Shown: positions 10,479 through 20,281, counted from the stretch's first letter. The stretch is 64,000 nt of DNA from an uncultured Solirubrobacteraceae bacterium (GCA_963730575.1 CAVSSG010000002.1:359707-423706); one strand, 5' to 3'. Numbers and translations: made by a program. Notes: generated from the sequence alone by a model not told the origin.

Positions 10479-12469
10479 CGCGCTACCTCGGCCAGCAGCG
10501 TCTGAATCTCGGCCTCTAGCACTTTGATCTCGGCATCGATCTCAGCCAGCGGTCGCGGTGGAACGTATTTGTAGAAATAGCGCGTGAGCGCGATCTCGTA
10601 GCCGATCTTGGTCTTCTCATGATCCACCCACGCGTCTGCCACGTAGGGGAGAACCTCACGCTCCACGTACTCTTCGACCGAGGTTCCGTACTCAAGGCTG
10701 GCGAGGCGCTCGGTCGGGTCTGCCTCCCATGAGACTGGGATGTTGGGTAGGGGGACCTTCTCGTTGTCTCGAAGCTCGGGGTCCGGCTGCGGATCGCCCC
10801 TCCGGTCGGCGATGATCGGGGCGTCGGAGTCTCGAAAGCTGAGGACATCCCAGACCTGTTTATCGATCCCCTTCGGTACGGAGCCGAGCTTGGAGGCCAT
10901 CTGTTTGCGCTGCGTCGCGGTGACGCCCACGAGGTCTTTGAGCCGGGCTTCTAGGTCTGCTTGCTCTTGAAGCGTGAGCTTCTTCCACTGCTTGGTCGCG
11001 GTCAACTGCTCTATTGCGTCCGAAGGAACCTCCCAGCGCAGACGTAGTGGCCGCTCGACCGTGATGCGCTGATAGCCGAATGCCTCGTTCGGGAATATCT
11101 TGACTTGCTCGTGTTGTCCGAAGTCGGCGTAGAGCCGTGTGATTTCGTTGATCTGTTCGGCGCTGATTTCCTTGCGCTTTTCTCCGAGAGACTTGCGCAT
11201 CTTGACCGAGTAATCGCGGGCATCGATTAGCTGGACCTTGCCCTCGCGCTCTGGGCGCTTGCGGTTAGTGACGATCCAGAAGTACGTCGAGATGCCGGTG
11301 TTGTAGAAGAGTTGATCTGGCAGGGCAACGATGGCCTCTAGCCAATCGCTCTCGATGATCCAGCGGCGAATCTCAGACTCCCCAGACGCCGCCGCTCCGC
11401 TGAAGAGCGGCGATCCATTGAAGACGATGGCTAGGCGGCTTCCTCCGTCCTCGACGGGCTTCATCTTCGAGATCATGTGCTGAAGGAAGAGGAAGCTCCC
11501 GTCGTTGATCCTGGGCAGGCCCGCGCCAAATCGCCCGCGAAATCCGAGGCTCTCATGCTCGCCACGGATCGAGCCCTCGACCTTCTTCCACTCGACGCCA
11601 AATGGCGGATTAGCGAGCAGGTAGTCGAATGTCTCGCCCTGGTGGCCGTCCTCGCTGAAGGAGTTGCCGCACACGATGCGCGAGGGGTCATCGCCCTTCA
11701 GCATCATGTCCGAGCGGCAGATGGCGTACGTCTCGTCATTTAGCTCCTGGCCGAAGACCTCAAGGCGGGCAGTTGGGTTGTGCTCGGCCAAATAGTCCTT
11801 GGCGACCGAGAGCATTCCCCCAGTCCCGCAGGCTGGGTCTAGGAGCGTCTTGATCGCGCCTGGATCGGCAAGGGCCTCATCGTCCTCTGCAAAGAGCAGG
11901 CTCACCATGAGGCGGACGACCTCACGGGGGGTGAAGTGCTCTCCTGCCGTCTCGTTCGATAGCTCCGAAAAGCGCCTGATTAGCTCCTCATAGAGATAGC
12001 CCATCTCCGTGTTCGAAACGACCGAGGGGTGCAGGTCGATGTCCGCGAACTTCGAGATGACCAGATACAGCAGGTCGGCTTTGGCCAGGCGCGTGACTTG
12101 CCCGTCGAAGTCGAACTTGTCGATGACCTCCCTCGCTCCTGGACTGAAGGCCGCGATGTAGGCTCGAAGGTTGCCCGCAAGCTGCCCTGGATCGTTCAGG
12201 AGCTTTCGGAAGTCGAGCGGCGAAGTGTTGAAGAACCTCTCGCCAGCGACGTTTTCGAGGACCGGCTCGACGTTCTCAATCCGGCCTTTGAGCTTCTGGG
12301 CACGGTCGAGGACGGCCTCCTTCGTCGGCTCAAGCACGCAGTCAAGGCGGCGCAAGACGGTCAGGGGGAGGATGACCCTGCCGTACTCCGACTGCTTGTA
12401 GTCCCCCCGCAGCAGGTCGGCCACCGACCAGATGAAGGCAGCGTGGTTCTTGATCGTGTCCTCAGCCAT
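10475..12469 (-). CDS. hsdM: Type I DNA methyltransferase subunit M
   Basis: FIWSVADLLRGDYK, GEHFTPREV, LDPACGTGGML (motif I), NPPFG (motif IV, m6A). Confidence 0.95.
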   Translation of the reverse strand: MAEDTIKNHAAFIWSVADLLRGDYKQSEYGRVILPLTVLRRLDCVLEPTKEAVLDRAQKLKGRIENVEPVLENVAGERFFNTSPLDFRKLLNDPGQLAGNLRAYIAAFSPGAREVIDKFDFDGQVTRLAKADLLYLVISKFADIDLHPSVVSNTEMGYLYEELIRRFSELSNETAGEHFTPREVVRLMVSLLFAEDDEALADPGAIKTLLDPACGTGGMLSVAKDYLAEHNPTARLEVFGQELNDETYAICRSDMMLKGDDPSRIVCGNSFSEDGHQGETFDYLLANPPFGVEWKKVEGSIRGEHESLGFRGRFGAGLPRINDGSFLFLQHMISKMKPVEDGGSRLAIVFNGSPLFSGAAASGESEIRRWIIESDWLEAIVALPDQLFYNTGISTYFWIVTNRKRPEREGKVQLIDARDYSVKMRKSLGEKRKEISAEQINEITRLYADFGQHEQVKIFPNEAFGYQRITVERPLRLRWEVPSDAIEQLTATKQWKKLTLQEQADLEARLKDLVGVTATQRKQMASKLGSVPKGIDKQVWDVLSFRDSDAPIIADRRGDPQPDPELRDNEKVPLPNIPVSWEADPTERLASLEYGTSVEEYVEREVLPYVADAWVDHEKTKIGYEIALTRYFYKYVPPRPLAEIDAEIKVLEAEIQTLLAEVAR

Positions 12470-12550
12470 ATCGCCTGATCCCCTCGTCATACCCCGCGTT
12501 TCGGGGCTGAGCCTATCGAGGCAGACGGCGCTGTGGTCGGGTCCCGTGCT

Positions 12551-13228
12551 TCACGCGGCCAGCTTCGAGATGCTCGCGATTGGCTGCGTCTGACCGTGCG
12601 GCTCCTCGGACGCTCTAGCCAGCCTTGTGGGGCGCGGGGAATCCGGGTCTGTGGACATCTCTGGGTCCAGCACGTCGCGCCACACCAGCCCTGCCTTGAT
12701 TCGCGAGACATGGCTTTGCGTGATGCCGTAGCGTTCGGCCAGGACGTGCTGCGGCTCATTGCATCGCCTGATCTCGATCACGTTGGCACGGGTGAGCTTG
12801 CACTTGCCGCATCGCCTCAGGTTCTCGCGCCTGTCCACAGCCTCCAAGTGATCCACGTCAATGCACGCGCGTTCACAGCACTTGTGGTCAATCTCTAACC
12901 CATCCTCTATCTCCCCGTGGACCCGTTCGAATTCGGCACGATGGGCTAGAACCTTCTTACCACCCAAGGACTGCCTTACGTAGCCGTCTTTGCCCGCTGC
13001 GAGCGTCGATATCAGACACGGGGTCGGATACCTGCGTTGCTCCACGACTCCCCTCACTAACTTGCGGTTCTGATGCCCCGGCACCCAAGGCAGCGGCTGG
13101 CCCTTGATTCGCCCTCCCTTCCGGTTGGTGGTCTTGGCAAGCGCAGTTCGCCCGCCACACCCGCACTGGCAATGGCGGATGGGTGGCAGCGACTCCGGGT
13201 GACTCTTGCTGGGCGGAACGGGCGGCAT
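12551..13228 (-). CDS. HNH endonuclease-like protein (CxCGCG, HNH, C-terminal HTH)
   Basis: CQCGCGG; LAHR...EIDHKCCERACIDVDHLEAVDRREN; LAERYGITQSHVSRIK. Confidence 0.85.
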   Translation of the reverse strand: MPPVPPSKSHPESLPPIRHCQCGCGGRTALAKTTNRKGGRIKGQPLPWVPGHQNRKLVRGVVEQRRYPTPCLISTLAAGKDGYVRQSLGGKKVLAHRAEFERVHGEIEDGLEIDHKCCERACIDVDHLEAVDRRENLRRCGKCKLTRANVIEIRRCNEPQHVLAERYGITQSHVSRIKAGLVWRDVLDPEMSTDPDSPRPTRLARASEEPHGQTQPIASISKLAA

Positions 13229-13357
13229 CGCCTATTAGCAACGCGAATGGGTGAAGAAACATGTACATGCGTCTCATCCCGTCGTTTGAATCAAGAGCCG
13301 GTGCCTGATAAAATGTGTACTCGGAAACCATCAAGAGCGGTCGAGCGATTCAGCGCG

Positions 13358-14131
13358 ATGACGCCGCAGCAACCGACCGTATGGCACGGTGCTACTGCTG
13401 AAATCGATGGAGGTAATGTGAAGGTTCTTGCGTACACTCGCTGTTCAACTGAGGAGCAAGCAGTAGAAGGCGTGAGCCTTTCCACTCAGCTTGGGCGCAT
13501 CGAAGCCTGGTGCGAGGCCACCGGTGCGGAGCTTGCGGGAGTGATTGAAGATGCGGGCGTGTCAGGAACTCGCCCGCTGGCTGATCGTCCTGGCGGTGCT
13601 CGGGTAGCATCTCTCCTAGAAGCCCGCAATCCTGACGTTGATGCGGTGATCGTCGTGCGCCTAGACAGGCTGGCAAGGAATGCAGCCGATGCTCTGCACT
13701 ATTTGCACAAGTTCGCAAGAGGCTCTGTCGGCCTGGTGTCCATCGATGATCGCCTCGATTTGGCGTCGCCTCAGGGCAAAGCCATGGCGCAGATGAGCGC
13801 GGTCTTCGCGGAACTGGAGCGCAACCTCGGGGCTCAGCGGACTTCAGACGCCCTCTGCGGACTTCGTTCGCTCGCGGCGAGGCTTACGGACCAACGCCCT
13901 TCGGTTTCGAGCGTAACGGCGACAGCCTGTTCCCCCACGAGCCCGAGCAGAAGGCGCTCGCCAAGATGAGGCGAGCTGAGAGCGAAGGGCCAAAGCTATC
14001 GAGCTATCGCTCACTCTATGAATCGCTCGGGAACCCCGGCCAAGAACGGCGGCGCGTGGTTCGCATCATCGGTGCGCTCCACCCTCTTGACTAGCGAGAA
14101 GGTAGGGCTTCCACGGGCGGCAGTGGCGTGA
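13358..14131 (+). CDS. Serine recombinase (resolvase catalytic domain + short recombinase/wHTH domain), frameshifted near 13870-13980
   Basis: AYTRCSTEEQ, DAGVSG, RLDRLAR, FAELER; downstream frames give YGPTPFGF...SYRAIAHSMNRSG...GGAWFASSVRS ending at TGA 14129-14131. An alternative start is GTG 13418. Confidence 0.85.
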
Positions 14132-14676
14132 GCCGTGATACCAAGGCGCAGACTGCATCGCACTGCTCGTGTGGTTCTGCCCTACGGTGGGAGGCGAGGG
14201 AAAGCTACGGGGAACGGCGGTCGCTCGCCCTTTGCTCGAACGCGAATTGTGGGCTGATCACGACCGCTTCGCCGAACGGGTCTGAACCGCTGCAGGCGCT
14301 GGAGTCCTTCCTGCTCGGACCACTCCGTGCCAAGCGATACCTGAACCCGTGGGCGCGGCTGTATTGGAAAGCAAGCCGGTCGGGATTCATCTGGCGTCCC
14401 CATCACGAGGTTTGCCCCGACTGCACCGGCGAGATTACCGTGCAACTCGGACTGCCTCCGCTGATCGAAAGGCAAAACGATCCGTATCAGGTCGTCCTGT
14501 GCCTCACCTGCGGCACGGCGAACATCGCCTGGTGGATGGCCGGAGAAAGGGTCGCCATCGCAATCGAGGGGAGCGAGTGGAACGAGCCTTCCACCGCTGT
14601 GCTGATCTTGAAGCGTGTCCTCGAAGAAAGGGCAGCAATGACTCGCGACGGTCAGACGTGGGACTTTCTCCAGTGA
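14128..14676 (+). CDS. Hypothetical Zn-ribbon protein
   Basis: CSCG, CSNANC, CPDC, CLTC; GTGA overlap with the recombinase stop. Confidence 0.7.
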   Translation: MSRDTKAQTASHCSCGSALRWEARESYGERRSLALCSNANCGLITTASPNGSEPLQALESFLLGPLRAKRYLNPWARLYWKASRSGFIWRPHHEVCPDCTGEITVQLGLPPLIERQNDPYQVVLCLTCGTANIAWWMAGERVAIAIEGSEWNEPSTAVLILKRVLEERAAMTRDGQTWDFLQ

Positions 14677-14960
14677 CCGCCTCGGCCTCCCCGTCCCGAG
14701 CCGAGCAGGTAGACGAGCGAGTATGTGTGCTGTGCGGAACATCGCTCGCCGGTCATCGCCCGCACGCCCGTCATTGCAGCGGCAGATGTCGGGCCGAGGC
14801 AGCGAGAATTAGGGCGATTCTGAGCGGAAGAGAACCCTCCGGCTTCCGCTCCCTCAAAGAGCGGCGCGAAAGCGCACACAAGGACCGTGTGAGCCTCTGG
14901 GAGGGACATACGCCGATGGCTCTGACCCCGGAACGGACAAGAGGGAAAGACCATGACTGA
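14673..14960 (+). CDS. Small Zn-finger protein
   Basis: CVLCG...ARHCSGRCR treble-clef-like motif; GTGA overlap with the previous gene. Confidence 0.6.
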   Translation: MTASASPSRAEQVDERVCVLCGTSLAGHRPHARHCSGRCRAEAARIRAILSGREPSGFRSLKERRESAHKDRVSLWEGHTPMALTPERTRGKDHD

Positions 14961-15342
14961 CTATGGCGACCAGCCCGATCCTCGAAGGGTTCGCCTGTAT
15001 CTCTGCATCTTCCAGCCCTCATCGCTCGACCGCGTTGTCGAAGCCGTGTCTGTCGCAACCGCCGACGAGACGCGAGTGTACGTCGAGCGCCATGGCACTG
15101 GCTATCGGTGGAGCCTCACTCACCCCGGAGGCGCGTACCCCCTGCTCCGCATAACGGCCCGGTTCCTACGCATCGACTATCACCTTCTCGTGATCGGCTT
15201 TCGCAGCATCGCCGAGGGCGTCTACGTTCTGTCCAGCGATCCCGATAGCGACAAGGACCCAGATTCCTGGTCGGTCATCGAGTTCGATGGACCAACAGCG
15301 CCAGCAGATGTGAAGGCACGTATCGAACAGGCGCTCTCGTGA
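14953..15342 (+). CDS. Hypothetical protein
   Basis: Purine-rich RBS, overlaps the previous stop, globular composition. Confidence 0.65.
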   Translation: MTDYGDQPDPRRVRLYLCIFQPSSLDRVVEAVSVATADETRVYVERHGTGYRWSLTHPGGAYPLLRITARFLRIDYHLLVIGFRSIAEGVYVLSSDPDSDKDPDSWSVIEFDGPTAPADVKARIEQALS

Positions 15343-15658
15343 CTCATGTCGAAGGCTGACCGAGGGCGCCAAGCATCCGCAGCCGCCTCCGCTGACCGCC
15401 GAGCACATCCGGACGCTGCTAGCCGCCGAGAAACCATCTTGAGGCGAGACGCATAGCCGCAACCGGAGTCGCGACGATGCCACCGATAACGACCGGAGGT
15501 CACTAGTGCTCGCTCATGCGGACGCGAGGGAAAGGGTTCTGCGACAGCCACGCCCCTCTGGCAAAACCGTCCGAGGTTTAGGGAGTTCCCTCCGATCCTG
15601 AGAGAAAAGCGACCCATCGAAGTCGCGGAAAGTGAAAATCTAGAAGTCGATTAGCCAA

Positions 15659-15800
15659 AAGGGGTCTCACCATCCTTACTGGCGGCTGGTACCTGGCAGA
15701 GCTTATAAGGGTCCCGGCGAGGCTCACGGCGGCGACTACCTGGCAGGACTGCGAAAGGGGTCCCGATGAGGCTCTTGGTGGCTGGCCAGTCAGGAGCCTC
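15659..15800. repeat. Three degenerate ~48-bp tandem units
   Basis: aaggg(g)tc at 15659, 15707, 15755; ggyggc at 15681, 15728, 15777; tacctggcag at 15690, 15737. Confidence 0.55.
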
Positions 15801-15819
15801 CTCCTGCCCCCAACGGGAG

Positions 15820-16398
15820 CTAGAACCGGCGCACAGCGACCGCAATCTGAGGTCGCCGGACTCCGGCCCGAAGAGCCGCCCACACCCAGTCCTCCTGAGC
15901 GGGCTTGAATGTCTCGCGAGGACCCTTGCACTCGATGAAAATCGCTGAACCGAGAGGATCGAGATCGCCCCAGGCAACCACGTCCGGCACCCCGCCCTTG
16001 CGCGAGGAGATGTGCTGGCGGATCGTCCTGTCGAGAGACACAAGCCAGTCCGGTGCTTCGGTCAGGCTGCTGACCCATGGCCGCCAGATCGAGGGCACCC
16101 GCTCGACGCTGTACCCGCTGAACCAGAACGCATGATCACGCGCCACACGTAAACGCTTGGCGACCTCGACCTCCTGACAGCTTCGCAAGGGCTGCCTGCC
16201 GTCGAGCGAGTAGACCTGTCCGCACCCCTTGCCGAAATGCTCGCTCCACTCGCCAATCGGCCCGTCCCACTGGCGGAAGTCGAACTCGATCTGCGCCACC
16301 AGGCTGGGAGGTCCATACTCCGGCGACTCTCGCGGTCGCCTGGCTGCAACCAGTACCTCTCCCCTCCGCGTTGCGCCGATGCCGTCGATCCAGTCCAT
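15820..16398 (-). CDS. VRR-NUC domain (PD-(D/E)XK) nuclease
   Basis: GGVPDVVAW...IFIECKGPRETFKPAQEDW. Confidence 0.8.
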   Translation of the reverse strand: MDWIDGIGATRRGEVLVAARRPRESPEYGPPSLVAQIEFDFRQWDGPIGEWSEHFGKGCGQVYSLDGRQPLRSCQEVEVAKRLRVARDHAFWFSGYSVERVPSIWRPWVSSLTEAPDWLVSLDRTIRQHISSRKGGVPDVVAWGDLDPLGSAIFIECKGPRETFKPAQEDWVWAALRAGVRRPQIAVAVRRF

Positions 16399-16617
16399 GG
16401 CGAGCATCGGAGCACCCTACGGCCTGGCTGCGGCGCTCGCCGCGAGCGCCAGCCCCGAGGACTCCCGATGCGGTGCTCCTCGGGACCGCGCCCCTTGCGA
16501 GTTACAAGCCAAGCGGGATTGGCTTGAACAAGTACTCCTTCGCCCTTACCCCCGGAACAGGTGGCACCCACCGGCACGCTCACGAGAAGTCTTGCCGATG
16601 CCGATGCGTCCAGCGCG

Positions 16618-16851
16618 ATGGCCGACGAGGAGCTACATCTCGGCATTGCGGGGAGCAGCGCGAGCCGCGAGGCCGACCGTCTGCGCCAGGAGCGCGAACG
16701 ACGGAACAGCGAACGGAGTCCTCTTGGTCGCGCCTGGGCGGGTGTCTTCCGGTCTGCTGACGACAGAAAGCGACTTGCCGACGAGCGGCACTGGCGAAAG
16801 GCGGCTGATGGCCGGTTTCTGGCGCTGACTCCCGGCTTAGTCATGGCATGA
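16618..16851 (+). pseudogene. Truncated N-terminal paralog of the NERD protein at 19509
   Basis: HLGIAGSSA...RLRQE...RSPLGR...ERHW..AADG aligns with HLGDPGGSA...RLREE...RSPLGR...ERNW..GAEG and stops before the nuclease core. Confidence 0.6.
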
Positions 16852-16900
16852 GTCGGGAGCCAATCTTTCAGCGATACTACGGATAGCAGCCATGAGCAGG

Positions 16901-17629
16901 TCACTTACATCGCACCCGGTATCCGCATTCTCCTTTACTCATCCGTGTGCGTTCTTCTTCTTCTTCTTTCGCTTCCTTCTCGCTCGCGTGCGTTTCCTGT
17001 TCACGCGCCGGGGTGTGGTCTTCGGCTTCGGTCCTCTGTTTTTCAACGTAGTTGCTGCCGCCTACTCCTTGTGCGTTCATTTCGACCGCCTGATGGCCTT
17101 CCATCGCGGTAAGCATTCCTTCAGCAGGTTCGGTACTGCTTTCTGGTTCCCCAGGTCGGCGCTGCCGACCAACAGTGGCGTTCCCATTTTCCCGACCCCA
17201 TTCTGCCGAATTCGTGTTGATGGGCGAAAAGGATTCCCCTCCGGGAGCAACGCTGGGTTCCACCCACGAGCCGCCTGGCTGCTGCACGAACACTGTCCGA
17301 CTAGCGACCACGATGCATGCCTTCGGTTCAATCGTTGCCCATTCCGCTGCACTCGCACCTTCCTTGCCACTTAGCACCACGTACCTGCTTTCGCTGCCGC
17401 CGTACGTGGCAACGGTCGCAATATTCGAGGAGATCGTTTGACCCGCAGCCCTGATGCGTTCATCTCTCCCCGCGCTGGCGTTCCAAGCTTGCACGCACCG
17501 CGAGAGCGGACTCTGGACCGACGCGGTTGTTGCCGCAGTGTTCGGCGGTGACGCGGACTTGGAGGAGCCGCAGCCAGCCGCGCAACCGAGCAGTGCGAGC
17601 GCCGTACAGAACGCCGTCAGGTTCCTCAT
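16901..17629 (-). CDS. Putative lipoprotein
   Basis: Lipobox-like LLGCAAGC after a hydrophobic signal. Confidence 0.65.
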   Translation of the reverse strand: MRNLTAFCTALALLGCAAGCGSSKSASPPNTAATTASVQSPLSRCVQAWNASAGRDERIRAAGQTISSNIATVATYGGSESRYVVLSGKEGASAAEWATIEPKACIVVASRTVFVQQPGGSWVEPSVAPGGESFSPINTNSAEWGRENGNATVGRQRRPGEPESSTEPAEGMLTAMEGHQAVEMNAQGVGGSNYVEKQRTEAEDHTPAREQETHASEKEAKEEEEERTRMSKGECGYRVRCK

Positions 17630-17797
17630 CGCCGTTGTCGCGTTTCGTTCATCGGATTGCCCGTCGAGGGCCGCTCGTAAACGAGGTGGTCAAGCGCCGA
17701 CCCAAGGCGTGACGGTGCGCGCCCTGGCCGCCAACAAATCCTCGGAGCCCGAAATCGAGTTTGTCTCTGGGGTCCGGCATTCGTGTCCCCGGAACGC

Positions 17798-18940
17798 CTA
17801 GCTCGCGAACCGAAAGCCGCAGTAGCGACAAACATGCGCGGCGTCCTTGACCCACTCGGCGCACTCGGGACATCGCTTGACTGGATCGCCGTCCGAATCC
17901 AGCCTAGTACCTTGAACTGACGTAGCTGCCGGACTCGCGACATGCGCTCCGGTGGCTGCGCTGCGACTCTCCGGCACCGCGACCCCAGACGGGTCCCAGG
18001 CAGATGGCGCAAGCGCCTCGCTCGGGCGTTCTCGGCCCGCAAGGAACATCACCCCTGTGCTGCCCACCGCGATCATTGCCAGCAGCAGCGTCACAACACC
18101 CCACGCCGCATCCGAGGCGTGGACTTCCGATGGTGCTTCGGGAGTAGACGCCAAGCCGATGATCGAACACACGACCATCGCGAAGGCCGCCACCACGGCG
18201 AATCCCAGCACTGTCGGGGGGAGATTAGGCTGATCGTTGGGGACCCGAAATAGGCTCGCCGCACTCGTGCCAGCCACCAGCACCGCTCCCGCCACGATCA
18301 ATGCACCAAGTGCCGGGTGGGCGGTCCAAAGCCCTTCGCCCTTGGTCAGTGTTCCTTCGGTCGTTCCTGCAATCGAAAATACGTACCAGTGCGTAGCCGT
18401 CAGTGCCCCTGCAATTATCGCCGCGATCAGGGCGACGACACGGGCGGTGCGAAAAGCGGCTGGAGCGTTTGCGACTGACGCAGGGTCAACCCATTCGGGT
18501 GGCGGTGTGGTCGGGATTGGTTTAGCGGGCGGGGCGAGCACGCCGTTCCACCATGACTTCCTAACCCAAACGCCGCCAATCCGATCCCAGTAGCGCGCGT
18601 GACGGGGATTCGCTGGGTCGGGGTACCAGTCGGACTGGACCCAAGGCTCAAGTATCGGGTCTTTCCAGCCACACCGCTCGCATTCAGACTCGCCCGATTC
18701 GAAACCCTTGGCCTGACACTTTGGACATCGGCCAGCCCACATGCCCCCAAAGGACTCAAGCAGTCGCCGGAGCGGAGATGCGCCCGCTTGCGGATGTGTG
18801 TTGCTCTCGCCCTGCTCGGGAGCCACGCCCTCTTGTTTCGCGCGCAACGACGCCTCGGCAGACTCTTGACCGCCAGAGGGGTCGTCTCTAGTGCTCATCA
18901 CGCTTCCCCCAGCCTGGACTTCCGCCGCTTTCGAGGACAC
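17798..18940 (-). CDS. Membrane protein with Zn ribbon, DUF2510-like motif, 4 TM helices and C-terminal Zn ribbon
   Basis: CPKC..CERC; DWYPDPANPRHARYWD; KRCPECAEWVKDAAHVCRYCG. Confidence 0.75.
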   Translation of the reverse strand: MSSKAAEVQAGGSVMSTRDDPSGGQESAEASLRAKQEGVAPEQGESNTHPQAGASPLRRLLESFGGMWAGRCPKCQAKGFESGESECERCGWKDPILEPWVQSDWYPDPANPRHARYWDRIGGVWVRKSWWNGVLAPPAKPIPTTPPPEWVDPASVANAPAAFRTARVVALIAAIIAGALTATHWYVFSIAGTTEGTLTKGEGLWTAHPALGALIVAGAVLVAGTSAASLFRVPNDQPNLPPTVLGFAVVAAFAMVVCSIIGLASTPEAPSEVHASDAAWGVVTLLLAMIAVGSTGVMFLAGRERPSEALAPSAWDPSGVAVPESRSAATGAHVASPAATSVQGTRLDSDGDPVKRCPECAEWVKDAAHVCRYCGFRFAS

Positions 18941-19149
18941 TTGAGCGCGTGGGAGATTTCCTTGCCTTCATGCCCCGACCGGCCTTATTCATGCACTGCA
19001 TGTTCTGGGGGCGTTTCGCCTCCTCCGCACCCGGCCACGCCTCCCAGTAGGACGAGCACCATAGCGAGTGTCATCAGCCGCCTGATGACGTGCTTATCGG
19101 CTCGTACGAAGACTCTACTTGAGTTCGACTCTATGGACCACGAGCGGCC

Positions 19150-19407
19150 TTGGCCACGAGGGTGGCGGACGTGGCTCCACGATCCGAACCCCAACTCGCC
19201 CTCGGACAGGCCATCCGCCATGCGAGGCTCAGTCGCGGCCTCAGCCAGGAGGAGGTTGCACACAAGGCCGACCTGCACCCGACCTGGCTCAGTCATATCG
19301 AGGCAGGTCGCAATCCGGCCTGGGGCACCGTGCGGCGCATCGCCTCCGGTCTTGGGATTGAGGTTTCAGAGCTTGCGCGGCTCGCAGAGCAGATCGACAA
19401 GACCTAG
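19150..19407 (+). CDS. XRE-family HTH transcriptional regulator
   Basis: GLSQEEVAHKADLHPTWLSHIEAGRNPAW. Confidence 0.88.
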   Translation: MATRVADVAPRSEPQLALGQAIRHARLSRGLSQEEVAHKADLHPTWLSHIEAGRNPAWGTVRRIASGLGIEVSELARLAEQIDKT

Positions 19408-19508
19408 CTCCCACCAAGCGCCAAAGACACGTCGCCGGTCGCCATCTCAGCTACGACACCGGTGCCGACTGTCAGGAGAAGCCCCCGTGGTGCCGATACC
19501 GAACCGCG

Positions 19509-20144
19509 ATGGCCAGCGAACACCTTGGTGATCCCGGTGGAAGCGCCCATCTCAACGCGCAGCGTCTACGCGAAGAATACGAAGCGCTGAGGGCAAGCCG
19601 CAGCCCTCTCGGGCGCATGCTCACGGCCCTCTTTCCGTCTGCCAAGGAAAAGAGGCTTTGCCAGGAAGAGCGCAACTGGCTCACTGGCGCTGAAGGCGAG
19701 CAGGGCCTCGCGAGTTCGCTTGCCCAGCGTTGTCCTCACGTCCCCCTGCTCCACGACCGGCGCGCGCCTTCGAGCCGAGCGAACATCGACCACATCGCCA
19801 TCGCGCCCTCCGGCGTCTACGTGATCGACTGCAAGCGGTACAGGGGCAAGATCGAGGTCGCCACTCCCCTCTTGGGAAAGCCCAAGCTCAAGATCAACGG
19901 ACGCGACCGGACGAAGCTCATCGACGGCCTCGACAAGCAGGTAGCCACGTCAAGGCTGCGCTTGGCGACGTTGCTGAGGATGTTTCCGTCCACGGCTGCC
20001 TCTGCTTCGTCGCCCCCGAGCTACCCGCTCTATTACGCCAAGCGACTCGCGAAGCGCCTGAACCAAGAAGGCCCGATCACGGTCGATCAAGCACAGCGAC
20101 TCAAGGAAGAGCTTGCACGATGTCTTCCGCCAGCGTTTCCATAG
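19509..20144 (+). CDS. NERD-domain nuclease-related protein (frameshift/deletion near 19945-20020)
   Basis: GAEGE...LLHDRR...ANIDHIAIAPSGVYVIDCKRY; HVKAALG...VHGCLCFV lies in another frame. Confidence 0.8.
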   Translation: MASEHLGDPGGSAHLNAQRLREEYEALRASRSPLGRMLTALFPSAKEKRLCQEERNWLTGAEGEQGLASSLAQRCPHVPLLHDRRAPSSRANIDHIAIAPSGVYVIDCKRYRGKIEVATPLLGKPKLKINGRDRTKLIDGLDKQVATSRLRLATLLRMFPSTAASASSPPSYPLYYAKRLAKRLNQEGPITVDQAQRLKEELARCLPPAFP

Positions 20145-20208
20145 CGTTTCCATGGGCTCTGCCCCCGAGGGCTCCGAGAGGCCATCGACCCAATAGAATC
20201 GGGCTCTC

Positions 20209-20281
20209 GGGGCCATAGCTCAGATGGGAGAGCGCCTGCTTTGCAAGCAGGAGGTCACCGGTTCGATCCCGGTTGGCTCCA
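20209..20281 (+). tRNA. tRNA-Ala(TGC)
   Basis: Full cloverleaf GGGGCCA/TGGCTCC with G3:U70, anticodon loop TT-TGC-AA, TTCGATC T-loop; CCA not encoded. Confidence 0.97.
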
